From a virus (Duplodnaviria > Caudoviricetes), in the IMG/VR virus record IMGVR_UViG_3300035145_003654, positions 1-59,049 of that record: a stretch of 59,049 nt of DNA. One strand, written 5' to 3'. Numbering within the stretch: the first letter of the stretch is position 1; each line of letters starts with the position of its first letter. The position numbers and the translations under genes were made by a program. Under the pieces are notes generated by a model. It had not been told where the DNA came from. It did no database searches and was given only the letters and a program-made list of their open reading frames with translations. This document shows positions 1-8,444 of the stretch, piece by piece.

Positions 1-2
1 CT

Positions 3-1466
3 AACACTGGGACCGATAGGGGTCTTCCCATCAGCTGTTTTGGTATTGATACACCTGATAGCATTAGGGGAATTGGATTAACTAACGCTGAACTTATGAA
101 ACTTACAGCACTTGGTGGTGGTGTAGGCATTTCAGTAAGTAGAATTCGCCCTAGGGGTACAACAATTACAGGTAATGGTAAATCTGAGGGTGTAGTACCA
201 TGGTGTAAGATTTACGACTCAGCAATTATCGCTACAAACCAAGGTTCAGTTCGTAGGGGTGCTGCATCTGTAAATTTGGATATTAACCACCTTGACATTG
301 ATGAATTTATGCAAATTCGTAGACCTAAAGGTGATCCCAACCGTCAATGTCTTAATCTACATCAGTGTGTAGTTGTAGATGATCATTTTATGAGACGTTT
401 ACAAGACAGAGACGGGGATGCTATGAAATTATGGCTTGAAATACTTAAAACACGTGTAGAAACGGGTGAACCATATATTATGTTTAAGGACAATGTTAAT
501 AAAAATAATCCTTTAGCATATGCTATGAACAACCTTGATGTCAGTATGACTAATATTTGTACTGAGATTACACTTCACACAGATGAAGAACATAGTTTTA
601 TTTGTTGTTTAAGTTCTTTGAACCTTGCAAAGTACGATGAGTGGAAAGACACTGATGTAGTAGAAACTGCAATTCGTTTCTTAGATGGTGTGATGCAAGA
701 ATTTATTGATAAAAGTAATGGTAAAGATTCACTTATTAGAACTCACAGACATGCCCAAAAAGGTAGAGCGCTTGGTTTAGGTGTAATGGGTTGGCACTCA
801 TTCCTTCAACAGAAGAACTTACCATTTAACTCTATTGCTTCAACAGCTTGGACACATACCATTTTTAGTGACATTAGACAAAAAGCTGAAGCTACTTCTA
901 GAGAACTTGCCCAAGAATATGGTGAACCTACTTGGTGTAAAGGAACAGGTATGAGAAATACTCACTTGCTTGCTATTGCACCTACTGTTTCTAATTCGCG
1001 TTTAAATAATTGTTCTGCTGGTATTGAACCTATCCCTGCTAATATTTACACTTTTAATGGTGCTAAAGGAACATTTATTGTAAAAAATAAAGAATTAGAA
1101 TGTTTACTTGAAGGTAAAGGACACAATACAGATAAAGTGTGGGATCAAATTCTTGCTGATAATGGTTCTGTCCAAAACCTTCCACATGATGTTCTTACTG
1201 AAGCTGAAAAAGAAGTATTCCTTACATTTAGTGAGGTTAATCAGTTAGAACTTGTAAAACAAGCAGCTATCAGACAAAAATACATAGACCAAACCCAATC
1301 TTTAAACCTTTCATTTGACCCTACCGATTCTCCTAAATGGATTAATCAGTGCCATATGGAAGCTTGGAAATTAGGAGTTAAAACTTTGTATTACTTGCGC
1401 ACAGATTCCGTGATTAAAGGAGATTTAGGATCTCGTACTGCAGATTGCGTTTCTTGTGATGGTTAA
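3..1466 (+). CDS. nrdA: Ribonucleoside-diphosphate reductase class I alpha subunit (5'-truncated by window edge)
   Basis: Frame is open from nt 3 (NTGTDRGLPISCF...). Contains TNICTEI radical-Cys motif, AIAPTVS, YY pair (TLYYLR) and C-terminal CVSC. Confidence 0.95.
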   Translation, partial: NTGTDRGLPISCFGIDTPDSIRGIGLTNAELMKLTALGGGVGISVSRIRPRGTTITGNGKSEGVVPWCKIYDSAIIATNQGSVRRGAASVNLDINHLDIDEFMQIRRPKGDPNRQCLNLHQCVVVDDHFMRRLQDRDGDAMKLWLEILKTRVETGEPYIMFKDNVNKNNPLAYAMNNLDVSMTNICTEITLHTDEEHSFICCLSSLNLAKYDEWKDTDVVETAIRFLDGVMQEFIDKSNGKDSLIRTHRHAQKGRALGLGVMGWHSFLQQKNLPFNSIASTAWTHTIFSDIRQKAEATSRELAQEYGEPTWCKGTGMRNTHLLAIAPTVSNSRLNNCSAGIEPIPANIYTFNGAKGTFIVKNKELECLLEGKGHNTDKVWDQILADNGSVQNLPHDVLTEAEKEVFLTFSEVNQLELVKQAAIRQKYIDQTQSLNLSFDPTDSPKWINQCHMEAWKLGVKTLYYLRTDSVIKGDLGSRTADCVSCDG

Positions 1467-1500
1467 CATATGTATAATTGAAATTTAAAACTAAATTACT

Positions 1501-1680
1501 ATGAAAGAAAAAACATTAGGAATTATCAGACACGCTTTAACATTTGTTGGAGGTGTTTTAGTTACTCAAGGTGTTCTAGATGACGCTATGTTCATGGAAC
1601 TCTTTGGAGCAGTAATGACTCTCGTCGGTGGCGTTTGGTCAGTAATTGACAAAAACAAAGCTGAGGCAGCAGAGGCATAA
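1501..1680 (+). CDS. Small 2-TM membrane protein, putative holin (59 aa, not in ORF track)
   Basis: MKEKTLGIIRHALTFVGGVLVTQG...LFGAVMTLVGGVWSVIDKNK. Two hydrophobic segments with an RH..T..GG / WS pattern seen in small phage holin-like proteins. Confidence 0.6.
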   Translation: MKEKTLGIIRHALTFVGGVLVTQGVLDDAMFMELFGAVMTLVGGVWSVIDKNKAEAAEA

Positions 1681-1698
1681 TAAATTAAAAGTTAACTT

Positions 1699-1748
1699 GG
1701 GGGCCTAATCAGTTATGTAAATCACTGGTTAGGCCCTCTTTATTTTTT
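1699..1748 (+). terminator. Rho-independent terminator-like hairpin
   Basis: gggcctaatcagt ... actggttaggccc stem followed by a T-rich tract. Confidence 0.7.
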
Positions 1749-1755
1749 GTGAAGA

Positions 1756-2022
1756 ATGAAGGCACCTATAAGCTTTGAGCAGTTTACTAAAAACCCCGTT
1801 GCCGCAATAGCGTTTGTTGCGCTAGGTGTAATAGGGTACTTATATGTGGATATGATGAGTATCCATGAGGCTCAGTTAGATAATTTAGAAGAATCTTGTG
1901 TTCAAAGAATTGATGATCACAAAGAAAGAATTGAGTCTTTAGAAACTACTATTGTTAGGTACGAAGAGAAGTTGGAATTAATCAACGAAAAGTTACTAGA
2001 ATGTTTAGGAACACGAGACTAA
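1756..2022 (+). CDS. N-terminal TM plus coiled-coil protein (i-spanin-like)
   Basis: One TM (VAAIAFVALGVIGYLYV), then heptad-rich helix with two Cys. Overlaps the next lipoprotein gene. Confidence 0.45.
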   Translation: MKAPISFEQFTKNPVAAIAFVALGVIGYLYVDMMSIHEAQLDNLEESCVQRIDDHKERIESLETTIVRYEEKLELINEKLLECLGTRD

Positions 2023-2537
2023 TATTTGCAGTTGTATTATCAGGATGTGCTACAGCAGCAGGAGATTCTACAGCTCCCAATTTTACCCCTACTGAAGTAG
2101 AAGAAACAATTAATACTACTTTATTAGAAACAGTAGAAACTACTTTAGAAGTAGCTGATTTAGCTATTGATGAGATTTTAGAGGATAAAATTGAAAAGCA
2201 AAATAAAATATATTCTCTTCAAAAATTAGTAAATCAAGAAGAAGAATTAATTTTAAATCTAGAAGGCTCTTTAGGTGTTAAAGATAGCCTCCTTTTAACT
2301 TATGAAATAAATAATCAGCTTCTTGAAGAAAAAATAGATGAGGTAGCAACTAATTTAGATCATGCCCTCCATAAGTGTACAAATGAATGTTACCCTACAA
2401 TAGTTAAATTAAATAAAGAAAACGAAGAGTTATTAAATTATGTTGATTCTCTTCAAAATTGGGTATTTTACTTAGATTCATTAGTAATGACTAATAAAAA
2501 ACTAAGTAAAAAAAATACCTTCCCCCACGAAATTTAA
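2001..2537 (+). CDS. Coiled-coil lipoprotein (o-spanin-like)
   Basis: Lipobox VLSG-C after a short signal peptide; long coiled coil with CxxxC. Confidence 0.45.
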   Translation: MFRNTRLIFAVVLSGCATAAGDSTAPNFTPTEVEETINTTLLETVETTLEVADLAIDEILEDKIEKQNKIYSLQKLVNQEEELILNLEGSLGVKDSLLLTYEINNQLLEEKIDEVATNLDHALHKCTNECYPTIVKLNKENEELLNYVDSLQNWVFYLDSLVMTNKKLSKKNTFPHEI

Positions 2538-2545
2538 AATAAAAA

Positions 2546-2911
2546 ATGGTTTTGTATTATTATAACGCCAAGCTTGATAGGGTTGTCGATGGAGACACTA
2601 TAGATGCTATGGTTGATTTAGGATTTAATACATGGAAACATGTAAGAATCCGTTTAAATGGAATAGACGCTTATGAATCCAGGACCAGAGATTTGGATGA
2701 AAAAGAAAAAGGATTAAAAGCTAAAGCTAGAGTAGAAGAATTATTAGCACTTACAGATGGTCACTTTTTCCTTTCCTCAAAAGGGGTAGACAAGTATGGT
2801 AGATGTTTAGGTGATGTAAGAATAGAACCTAACATTCACAATCATATTAATATAAGTGAAAAGCTATTAGCTGAAAATTTAGCAGTTCCTTATTACGGAG
2901 GTAAAAGATAA
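2546..2911 (+). CDS. Thermonuclease (SNase-like) family protein
   Basis: RVVDGDTI, IRLNGIDAYE and DKYGRCLG motifs. Confidence 0.9.
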   Translation: MVLYYYNAKLDRVVDGDTIDAMVDLGFNTWKHVRIRLNGIDAYESRTRDLDEKEKGLKAKARVEELLALTDGHFFLSSKGVDKYGRCLGDVRIEPNIHNHINISEKLLAENLAVPYYGGKR

Positions 2912-2912
2912 A

Positions 2913-2944
2913 TTTGGAATTTTAAATCTCTGTTCGTATATTTC
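2913..2944 (+). promoter_or_regulatory. Bacteroidota sigma-A-type promoter
   Basis: TTTGG (-33) ... TTCG-TATATTTC (-7), the same geometry as other copies in the window. Confidence 0.6.
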
Positions 2945-2948
2945 GAAC

Positions 2949-3449
2949 ATGGCACATTCAATTGAGGTTATCGAAGAGCAGTTGTCCCAACTACAAAAAT
3001 TGAATTACAACCAATTCTTTTGGTGGCGTAGATGGGGCCGCAAAACCAAACCTTTGCACAAGTATTCTCCATTGATTGACAAAATTCGCAATGGTGATTA
3101 TGATCCTAGTCCTTATTTGTGGCAAATTTATTATTGCCAATGGGAAATTGATCAAAAGTACAAGCAATTTGAAGGTGATGGTCGTGAACAAGCTGTTCAA
3201 ACTCGTCTCGACAAACAACGTCGACGCCGTCTTATCGACGATCACGAAAAGTATGAAAAAGAAAACCTTGCCCAACTCGAAAAGGATTTTCTCGTCACAT
3301 TCCGTATGACCAAAGATGATTACCGAAGAGATGTAATTGAGGTTGGTGGTTCGCCAGAGGAGTTTTATAATTATTGTGACGACACGTATGGTCGATTTAA
3401 TCGCCCTACTACATCACCTCGTAGAGGCCGTCCACCTAAAATTAAATAA
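2949..3449 (+). CDS. Hypothetical protein with C-terminal AT-hook-like motif
   Basis: ORF ends PRRGRPPKIK and abuts the next gene (TAATG). Confidence 0.6.
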   Translation: MAHSIEVIEEQLSQLQKLNYNQFFWWRRWGRKTKPLHKYSPLIDKIRNGDYDPSPYLWQIYYCQWEIDQKYKQFEGDGREQAVQTRLDKQRRRRLIDDHEKYEKENLAQLEKDFLVTFRMTKDDYRRDVIEVGGSPEEFYNYCDDTYGRFNRPTTSPRRGRPPKIK

Positions 3450-4243
3450 TGAAAGTATCACACGAAATACCATTCGCATATTTAGAGCAAAGTCTTAAGT
3501 TTAACGACTATGACTATTTGCTCCCACATTTGTATGACGAATACGAAGAATATAGAGAGTTTTTTCAAAGGGAAAACAAACAATTCCGACGTTACATTGT
3601 AATGGATAATTCACTCCACGAGCTAGGAGTACCTTACTCGAAAGGTAGAATGATTTCTATTATTGAGGAAGTAAAACCTGATGAATTTATAGTACCAGAT
3701 GCCTGGGAAGATGCTGTTCAATCTATGCGGCAAGCAAAAGAATGGAGCTTTATAGAATTACCTAAAGGGGTAGAAAAAGTAGCAGTTGTACAAGGTAAAT
3801 CGTTTGATGAGGTAGTAAAGTGTTATCAAACGTATAAGTGGTTAGGTTATAATAAGATTGCATTTAGTTATGGTGCTAGCTATTATAACGATGTATTTCC
3901 CCATCGTAATAAGGATGTAGGTAAAGCATTAGGTCGCCAATTGGTCATCAGTAAAATGATTAACATGGGGCTTATTGGACACACTGATAGAATTCATCTC
4001 TTAGGTTGTTCCCTTCCACAAGAGTTTTTATATTATAAAGATGTTAAACAAATTGAAAGTATTGATACTTCAAATCCTGTAATGGCAGCTTTTGATGGGG
4101 TAACATATCATCCTAATCACGGGTTGGATTCTAAACCTAAAACAAAGATTGATGAGGTTATAAATTCACCTTTTGATGAACAGATAGCAGAAAAAATAGA
4201 TTATAACGCAACATATTTTAAATTATTAAATAACATATTATGA
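3449..4243 (+). CDS. TGT-fold protein, candidate DNA 7-deazaguanine transglycosylase (DpdA-like)
   Basis: IVMDNS, IVPD, AVVQG, IHLLG and SIDTS motifs are collinear with TGT/DpdA barrel motifs. Overlaps the queC start. Confidence 0.6.
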   Translation: MKVSHEIPFAYLEQSLKFNDYDYLLPHLYDEYEEYREFFQRENKQFRRYIVMDNSLHELGVPYSKGRMISIIEEVKPDEFIVPDAWEDAVQSMRQAKEWSFIELPKGVEKVAVVQGKSFDEVVKCYQTYKWLGYNKIAFSYGASYYNDVFPHRNKDVGKALGRQLVISKMINMGLIGHTDRIHLLGCSLPQEFLYYKDVKQIESIDTSNPVMAAFDGVTYHPNHGLDSKPKTKIDEVINSPFDEQIAEKIDYNATYFKLLNNIL

Positions 4244-5037
4244 AAAAACAAGCAGTATTGTCACTGAGTGGAGGTATGGACAGCTCCACAGTGTTACTTC
4301 ATCTACTCGCCAATGGCTATGAAGTGACGGCACTGTCTTTTGATTACGGACAAAAACACAGGGTTGAACTTGATCGAGCCCAATCATTAGTTAATTATCT
4401 TAATAGTAATGGGCAAAATGTAAAATACGGAACTATTAAACTTGATGGTTTAGCTCCTATGCTTAATAGCGCCCTTGTAGAAGGAGGTGATGAAGTACCT
4501 GAAGGTCACTATGAACAGGAAAACATGAAGGAAACAGTTGTTCCTAACCGTAATAAAATTTTCTCATCACTAATCCAAGCTGTAGCATTATCAATAGCAA
4601 ATGAAAAAAATACTGAAGTACATATCGCGATGGGTATTCACGCAGGTGACCATGCTATATATCCCGATTGCAGACAAGAATTTAGAGACGCTGACTATAC
4701 AGCCTTCACCGAAGGCAATTGGGACGCTGAGCGCGTTAGCTATATTACCCCTTATCTTAATGGCGACAAGTTTGATATACTGCGAGATGGTATGGACGCC
4801 TGTGGGCGATTGGGATTATCATTTAACGAAGTTTATAAACGTACAAATACTAGCTATAAGCCCATTAATATTGGTGATGAGTGGTTTAGTGATTATAAAT
4901 CGGCTTCTTCGGTCGAACGCGTCGAAGCGTTTATCAAACTTGGCCAACCGGATCCTGTCGAATATGCTGATGAGACTGGACCCGTGGGATGGGATATTGT
5001 AAAAAATCATGTTGAACAAGTTTTAGCTGAAGCCTAA
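4240..5037 (+). CDS. queC: 7-cyano-7-deazaguanine synthase
   Basis: SLSGGMDS PP-loop, FDYGQKH, VPNRN, YPDCR. Confidence 0.95.
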   Translation: MKKQAVLSLSGGMDSSTVLLHLLANGYEVTALSFDYGQKHRVELDRAQSLVNYLNSNGQNVKYGTIKLDGLAPMLNSALVEGGDEVPEGHYEQENMKETVVPNRNKIFSSLIQAVALSIANEKNTEVHIAMGIHAGDHAIYPDCRQEFRDADYTAFTEGNWDAERVSYITPYLNGDKFDILRDGMDACGRLGLSFNEVYKRTNTSYKPINIGDEWFSDYKSASSVERVEAFIKLGQPDPVEYADETGPVGWDIVKNHVEQVLAEA

Positions 5038-5495
5038 TGTTTATCTCAACTAAAATATTTGATGGATTTAGCTGTGTGTTTCGTCAGTGGAAAGCTGAAG
5101 GAACACACTGCCGATTCCTCCATGGTTACGGAATCTCGTTTAAAGTATGGTTTAAAGGAGAATTAGACGAACGTAATTGGGTTTGGGATTTTGGTGGTAT
5201 GAAACGTGCTAAAACCGAAATTGATGGTATGAGTCCTAAAATGTGGATGGATCACATGTTTGATCACACTATGCTTGTAGCAGTAGATGATCCATTTTTA
5301 GAATCATTTAGACGAATGGATGAAGCTGGGGTAGTCCAACTTAGAGAAGTCCCAGCAACTGGGGCAGAACGTTTTGCTCAGTTTATTTATGAAAAGCTTA
5401 ACAAGTTTGTATTGGAAGAAACAGATGGACGTGTTAGGGTTATGAAAGTAGAATTTAGAGAACACGGAAAAAACACAGCAATCTATGCCGAATAA
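5037..5495 (+). CDS. queD: 6-carboxy-5,6,7,8-tetrahydropterin synthase
   Basis: HCRFLHGY, WVWDFG, FDHT, TGAE and terminal E...NTA motifs. Confidence 0.92.
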   Translation: MFISTKIFDGFSCVFRQWKAEGTHCRFLHGYGISFKVWFKGELDERNWVWDFGGMKRAKTEIDGMSPKMWMDHMFDHTMLVAVDDPFLESFRRMDEAGVVQLREVPATGAERFAQFIYEKLNKFVLEETDGRVRVMKVEFREHGKNTAIYAE

Positions 5496-6261
5496 AAGAA
5501 TAGAAGATTACGATAAAATATTACCTGTACTAGAAGTATATAGGTGTGTGCAAAGTGAGGGCTCCCGTTTTGGGCGTCCCACTATTGCTGTTAGAACAAC
5601 AGGATGTACTCACCGTTGTTGGTTTGGTGAAGGTGGATGGTGTGATTCATGGTACACTAGTATCCATCCTGAAAAAGGTACATTTTCATTTAATGACATT
5701 ATCAATATTTATGATGAGAATCCTCAAGTAAAAGAGATGATGTTAACAGGGGGTTCACCAACAATGCATCCTGCTTTAGTAAATGAACTTACTCATTTTG
5801 CCGCTGAAAGAGACATACTTATTACGATCGAAACTGAAGGATCTCACTTTGTTGAAACTGATTACCCACTTGGTCTCGTTTCTCTTAGTCCTAAGTTTTC
5901 TAACTCTGTCCCTCGTGTGGGTGTTACTACTCCCGGTGGTAAAGTTGTTGATGAAAGGTTTGTCAATCAGCATAACAAGTTTAGACTCAATTATGAGAAC
6001 ATTAAAAAAATGATGAATTTTCATAGCGATTATCACTACAAACCAGTTTGGGATGGAACTGATGAATGTTTAGCTGAAATTGAAGAGTTTAGAGTTAAAA
6101 TGAAGATCCCTAAAGCTAAAACTTATGTAATGCCTGCAGGAGATACAAGAGAAACTCTAATTGAAATGTACCCAAAGGTATTTGAAATGGTTGCTGAGCG
6201 AGGATATAATATGACTGGTCGTGATCATATTATAGCTTATAACACAGAACGAGGAGTATAA
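5485..6261 (+). CDS. queE: 7-carboxy-7-deazaguanine synthase (radical SAM)
   Basis: VQSEG, RTTGCTHRC...WCDS, LTGGSP, IETEG, SLSPK. Confidence 0.93.
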   Translation: MPNKRIEDYDKILPVLEVYRCVQSEGSRFGRPTIAVRTTGCTHRCWFGEGGWCDSWYTSIHPEKGTFSFNDIINIYDENPQVKEMMLTGGSPTMHPALVNELTHFAAERDILITIETEGSHFVETDYPLGLVSLSPKFSNSVPRVGVTTPGGKVVDERFVNQHNKFRLNYENIKKMMNFHSDYHYKPVWDGTDECLAEIEEFRVKMKIPKAKTYVMPAGDTRETLIEMYPKVFEMVAERGYNMTGRDHIIAYNTERGV

Positions 6262-6262
6262 T

Positions 6263-6301
6263 ATACCCCCTTATAATTGGGAATACCCCCTTATAACTGG
6301 G
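6263..6301. repeat. Tandem 20-bp-period direct repeat (2 copies)
   Basis: atacccccttataattggg / atacccccttataactggg. Confidence 0.85.
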
Positions 6302-6306
6302 GATAG

Positions 6307-6333
6307 AAAAGGGCGCTTAATGGCGCCCTTTTT
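6307..6333 (+). terminator. Rho-independent terminator (possibly bidirectional)
   Basis: aaaagggcgc-ttaatg-gcgcccttttt. Confidence 0.85.
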
Positions 6334-6368
6334 AATATTTATGATCGAAAGTTTTAACTAAAGTCGCT

Positions 6369-8444
6369 ATGAAAAAATTATTTTCCTTACTTTTATTACT
6401 CATTACAACCTTTGTCTTTTTTGGACAAGATAAATGTGGCACTGATGCCATTCTAGAACAACAACTGCAAGACCCAGTTTTTGAAAGAAGTTTTAACACT
6501 TTAATGGACGTTATGTCTAATCAATCAAATCGAGCATCCTCTAATGAAACTTTAACTATTCCTGTAGTAGTGCATGTTTTTTATGATGGGGATGACTATG
6601 GTACTGGAACTAACATAGCTGATGAAGTAATTTATGATGCTATTGCTAATCTTAATGCAGCGTTTGCTGGTGAACCATGGCACACTGCACAAGGAGCACC
6701 ATTTGTTCACCCTTATAGTAATTCTAATATTGAGTTTTGCTTAGCCTCTATTGATCCTGACGGCAATCCTACAAATGGCATAACAAGGCAAAACCCAGAT
6801 ACGTTAGATGGGTATTTAACCCAAGGTATGGTTACTACTACATTGTTAGCTGAAACATATGAACATAAACTTAAAGAATTATGTTACTGGCCTGTACAAG
6901 AATATTGTAATATTTATGTTGTACATAAATTAAATGGTGGGTACTCACCATTAGGGTTTGCTTATTTACCACCTAACTCAAGTTATTATGATGGTATAGT
7001 ATGTCACTATCAAGTTTTTGGGTATGAAGAACCATGGTTACTAAGTAATTTTAATTTAAATTGTACACTTATGCATGAAATGGGCCATTATCTAGGCCTA
7101 TTACATACCTTTAGCTCTACCTCAAGTTGTGGACCTGAAACAAATTGTAATGCACAAGGGGATAAATTATGTGATACCCCACCCACCACCGGCTCCGCAG
7201 GTTGCGGTCCATGGGATTGTCCTGACACTATGGTAGAAAATTTTATGGATTATAGTAATGATGACTGTATGGATAGATTTTCGCCTGATGGTGTTACTAG
7301 AATGAGAAACCAATTACTACAATGGAGGGCAGGGTTAGTAGATGAAGACAATTTAGCTTGTGGGATACCAGGAGGTTTAGATGTAAAAATTAGTAATATT
7401 ATAGTACCTAGCGTAGGATGTGACCCTATTATGTCAGATGCAAATTATGAAATAAGAAATTTAGGTTCAGATACTTTAACTGAAACTACAATTAATTATT
7501 ATGTAAATGACCAAACGGGTACTTTAATATGGACAGGTAATTTAGGTTTTGGAGAAGCTGAAATAGTAACTATCCCAGATTTTGATGTAGGATTTGGCCC
7601 TGTTAGTATTACTGTTGAAGCAGTACCTATAGGGGATATTAATAATGAAAACGATGTTGCAACTTTTGAGTATGATAATTATGAAGGTACTTTTGTAGAT
7701 GTAGAAATTGATTTTGATGCACTACCAGCAGGAATTGATTGGAATTTATATGAAGTAGTTGACGGTGTTCCTATAGGTGAACCAATTTTTGAAGCCAATT
7801 ATTTTACTATAGGATTTAATGATTTGTACTCTTGTGGGAATGAAACATATACTTTTTGTCTTCCTGAAGGGGAATATATGGTAATAGTAACAGACCTTTT
7901 TGGTAATGGAATGTATTATACAGGATGCTCTAACGGTGATGGAACTGACGGTGACATTACTATAACAAATGGGTCTGATACTTTAAATTATATAGAGGGT
8001 AATTGGGGTAGTGAAGTAGAGTTACCATTCATAGTAGGACCCCCAGGTTGTTTCCCAGCTACTTGCTATGGAGATGTTGATGGAGACGGATTTATTTGGA
8101 CAAGTGATATACTCATAATGTTACAATATTTTGGTCTTGAAGTAGAGCCTTGTAGTCCCCTTGATACTGATCAAGATGGTATAGTAGGAGTAAATGATAT
8201 AATGGATATTCTAGCTGCCTTTGATACTGATTGTAGTGGCCAATTAGCGCCTGAAGGAGGATTTGAAGCATTTTTAAAAGAGGAAAAAGAAGGAGAATTA
8301 GTAAAAACTACTTTGTATAATATAATGGGGCAAGAAGTTCAAAACACTGATCACCTAGATACAGGTATTTATATAATAGTACAAGAATGGAATGTTCCTA
8401 GTACCGGTACGTTTATTACTAAAAAGAAAATTTTCCGTGAATGA
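6369..8444 (+). CDS. Secreted M43 (pappalysin/ulilysin-like) zinc metalloprotease with dockerin-like repeat and T9SS type A CTD
   Basis: Signal peptide; KCGT cysteine switch; HEMGHYLGLLH; NFMDYS Met-turn; GDVDGDG/DTDQDG Ca-loops; C-terminal LYNIMGQEV..LDTGIYII..KKKI. Confidence 0.88.
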   Translation: MKKLFSLLLLLITTFVFFGQDKCGTDAILEQQLQDPVFERSFNTLMDVMSNQSNRASSNETLTIPVVVHVFYDGDDYGTGTNIADEVIYDAIANLNAAFAGEPWHTAQGAPFVHPYSNSNIEFCLASIDPDGNPTNGITRQNPDTLDGYLTQGMVTTTLLAETYEHKLKELCYWPVQEYCNIYVVHKLNGGYSPLGFAYLPPNSSYYDGIVCHYQVFGYEEPWLLSNFNLNCTLMHEMGHYLGLLHTFSSTSSCGPETNCNAQGDKLCDTPPTTGSAGCGPWDCPDTMVENFMDYSNDDCMDRFSPDGVTRMRNQLLQWRAGLVDEDNLACGIPGGLDVKISNIIVPSVGCDPIMSDANYEIRNLGSDTLTETTINYYVNDQTGTLIWTGNLGFGEAEIVTIPDFDVGFGPVSITVEAVPIGDINNENDVATFEYDNYEGTFVDVEIDFDALPAGIDWNLYEVVDGVPIGEPIFEANYFTIGFNDLYSCGNETYTFCLPEGEYMVIVTDLFGNGMYYTGCSNGDGTDGDITITNGSDTLNYIEGNWGSEVELPFIVGPPGCFPATCYGDVDGDGFIWTSDILIMLQYFGLEVEPCSPLDTDQDGIVGVNDIMDILAAFDTDCSGQLAPEGGFEAFLKEEKEGELVKTTLYNIMGQEVQNTDHLDTGIYIIVQEWNVPSTGTFITKKKIFRE

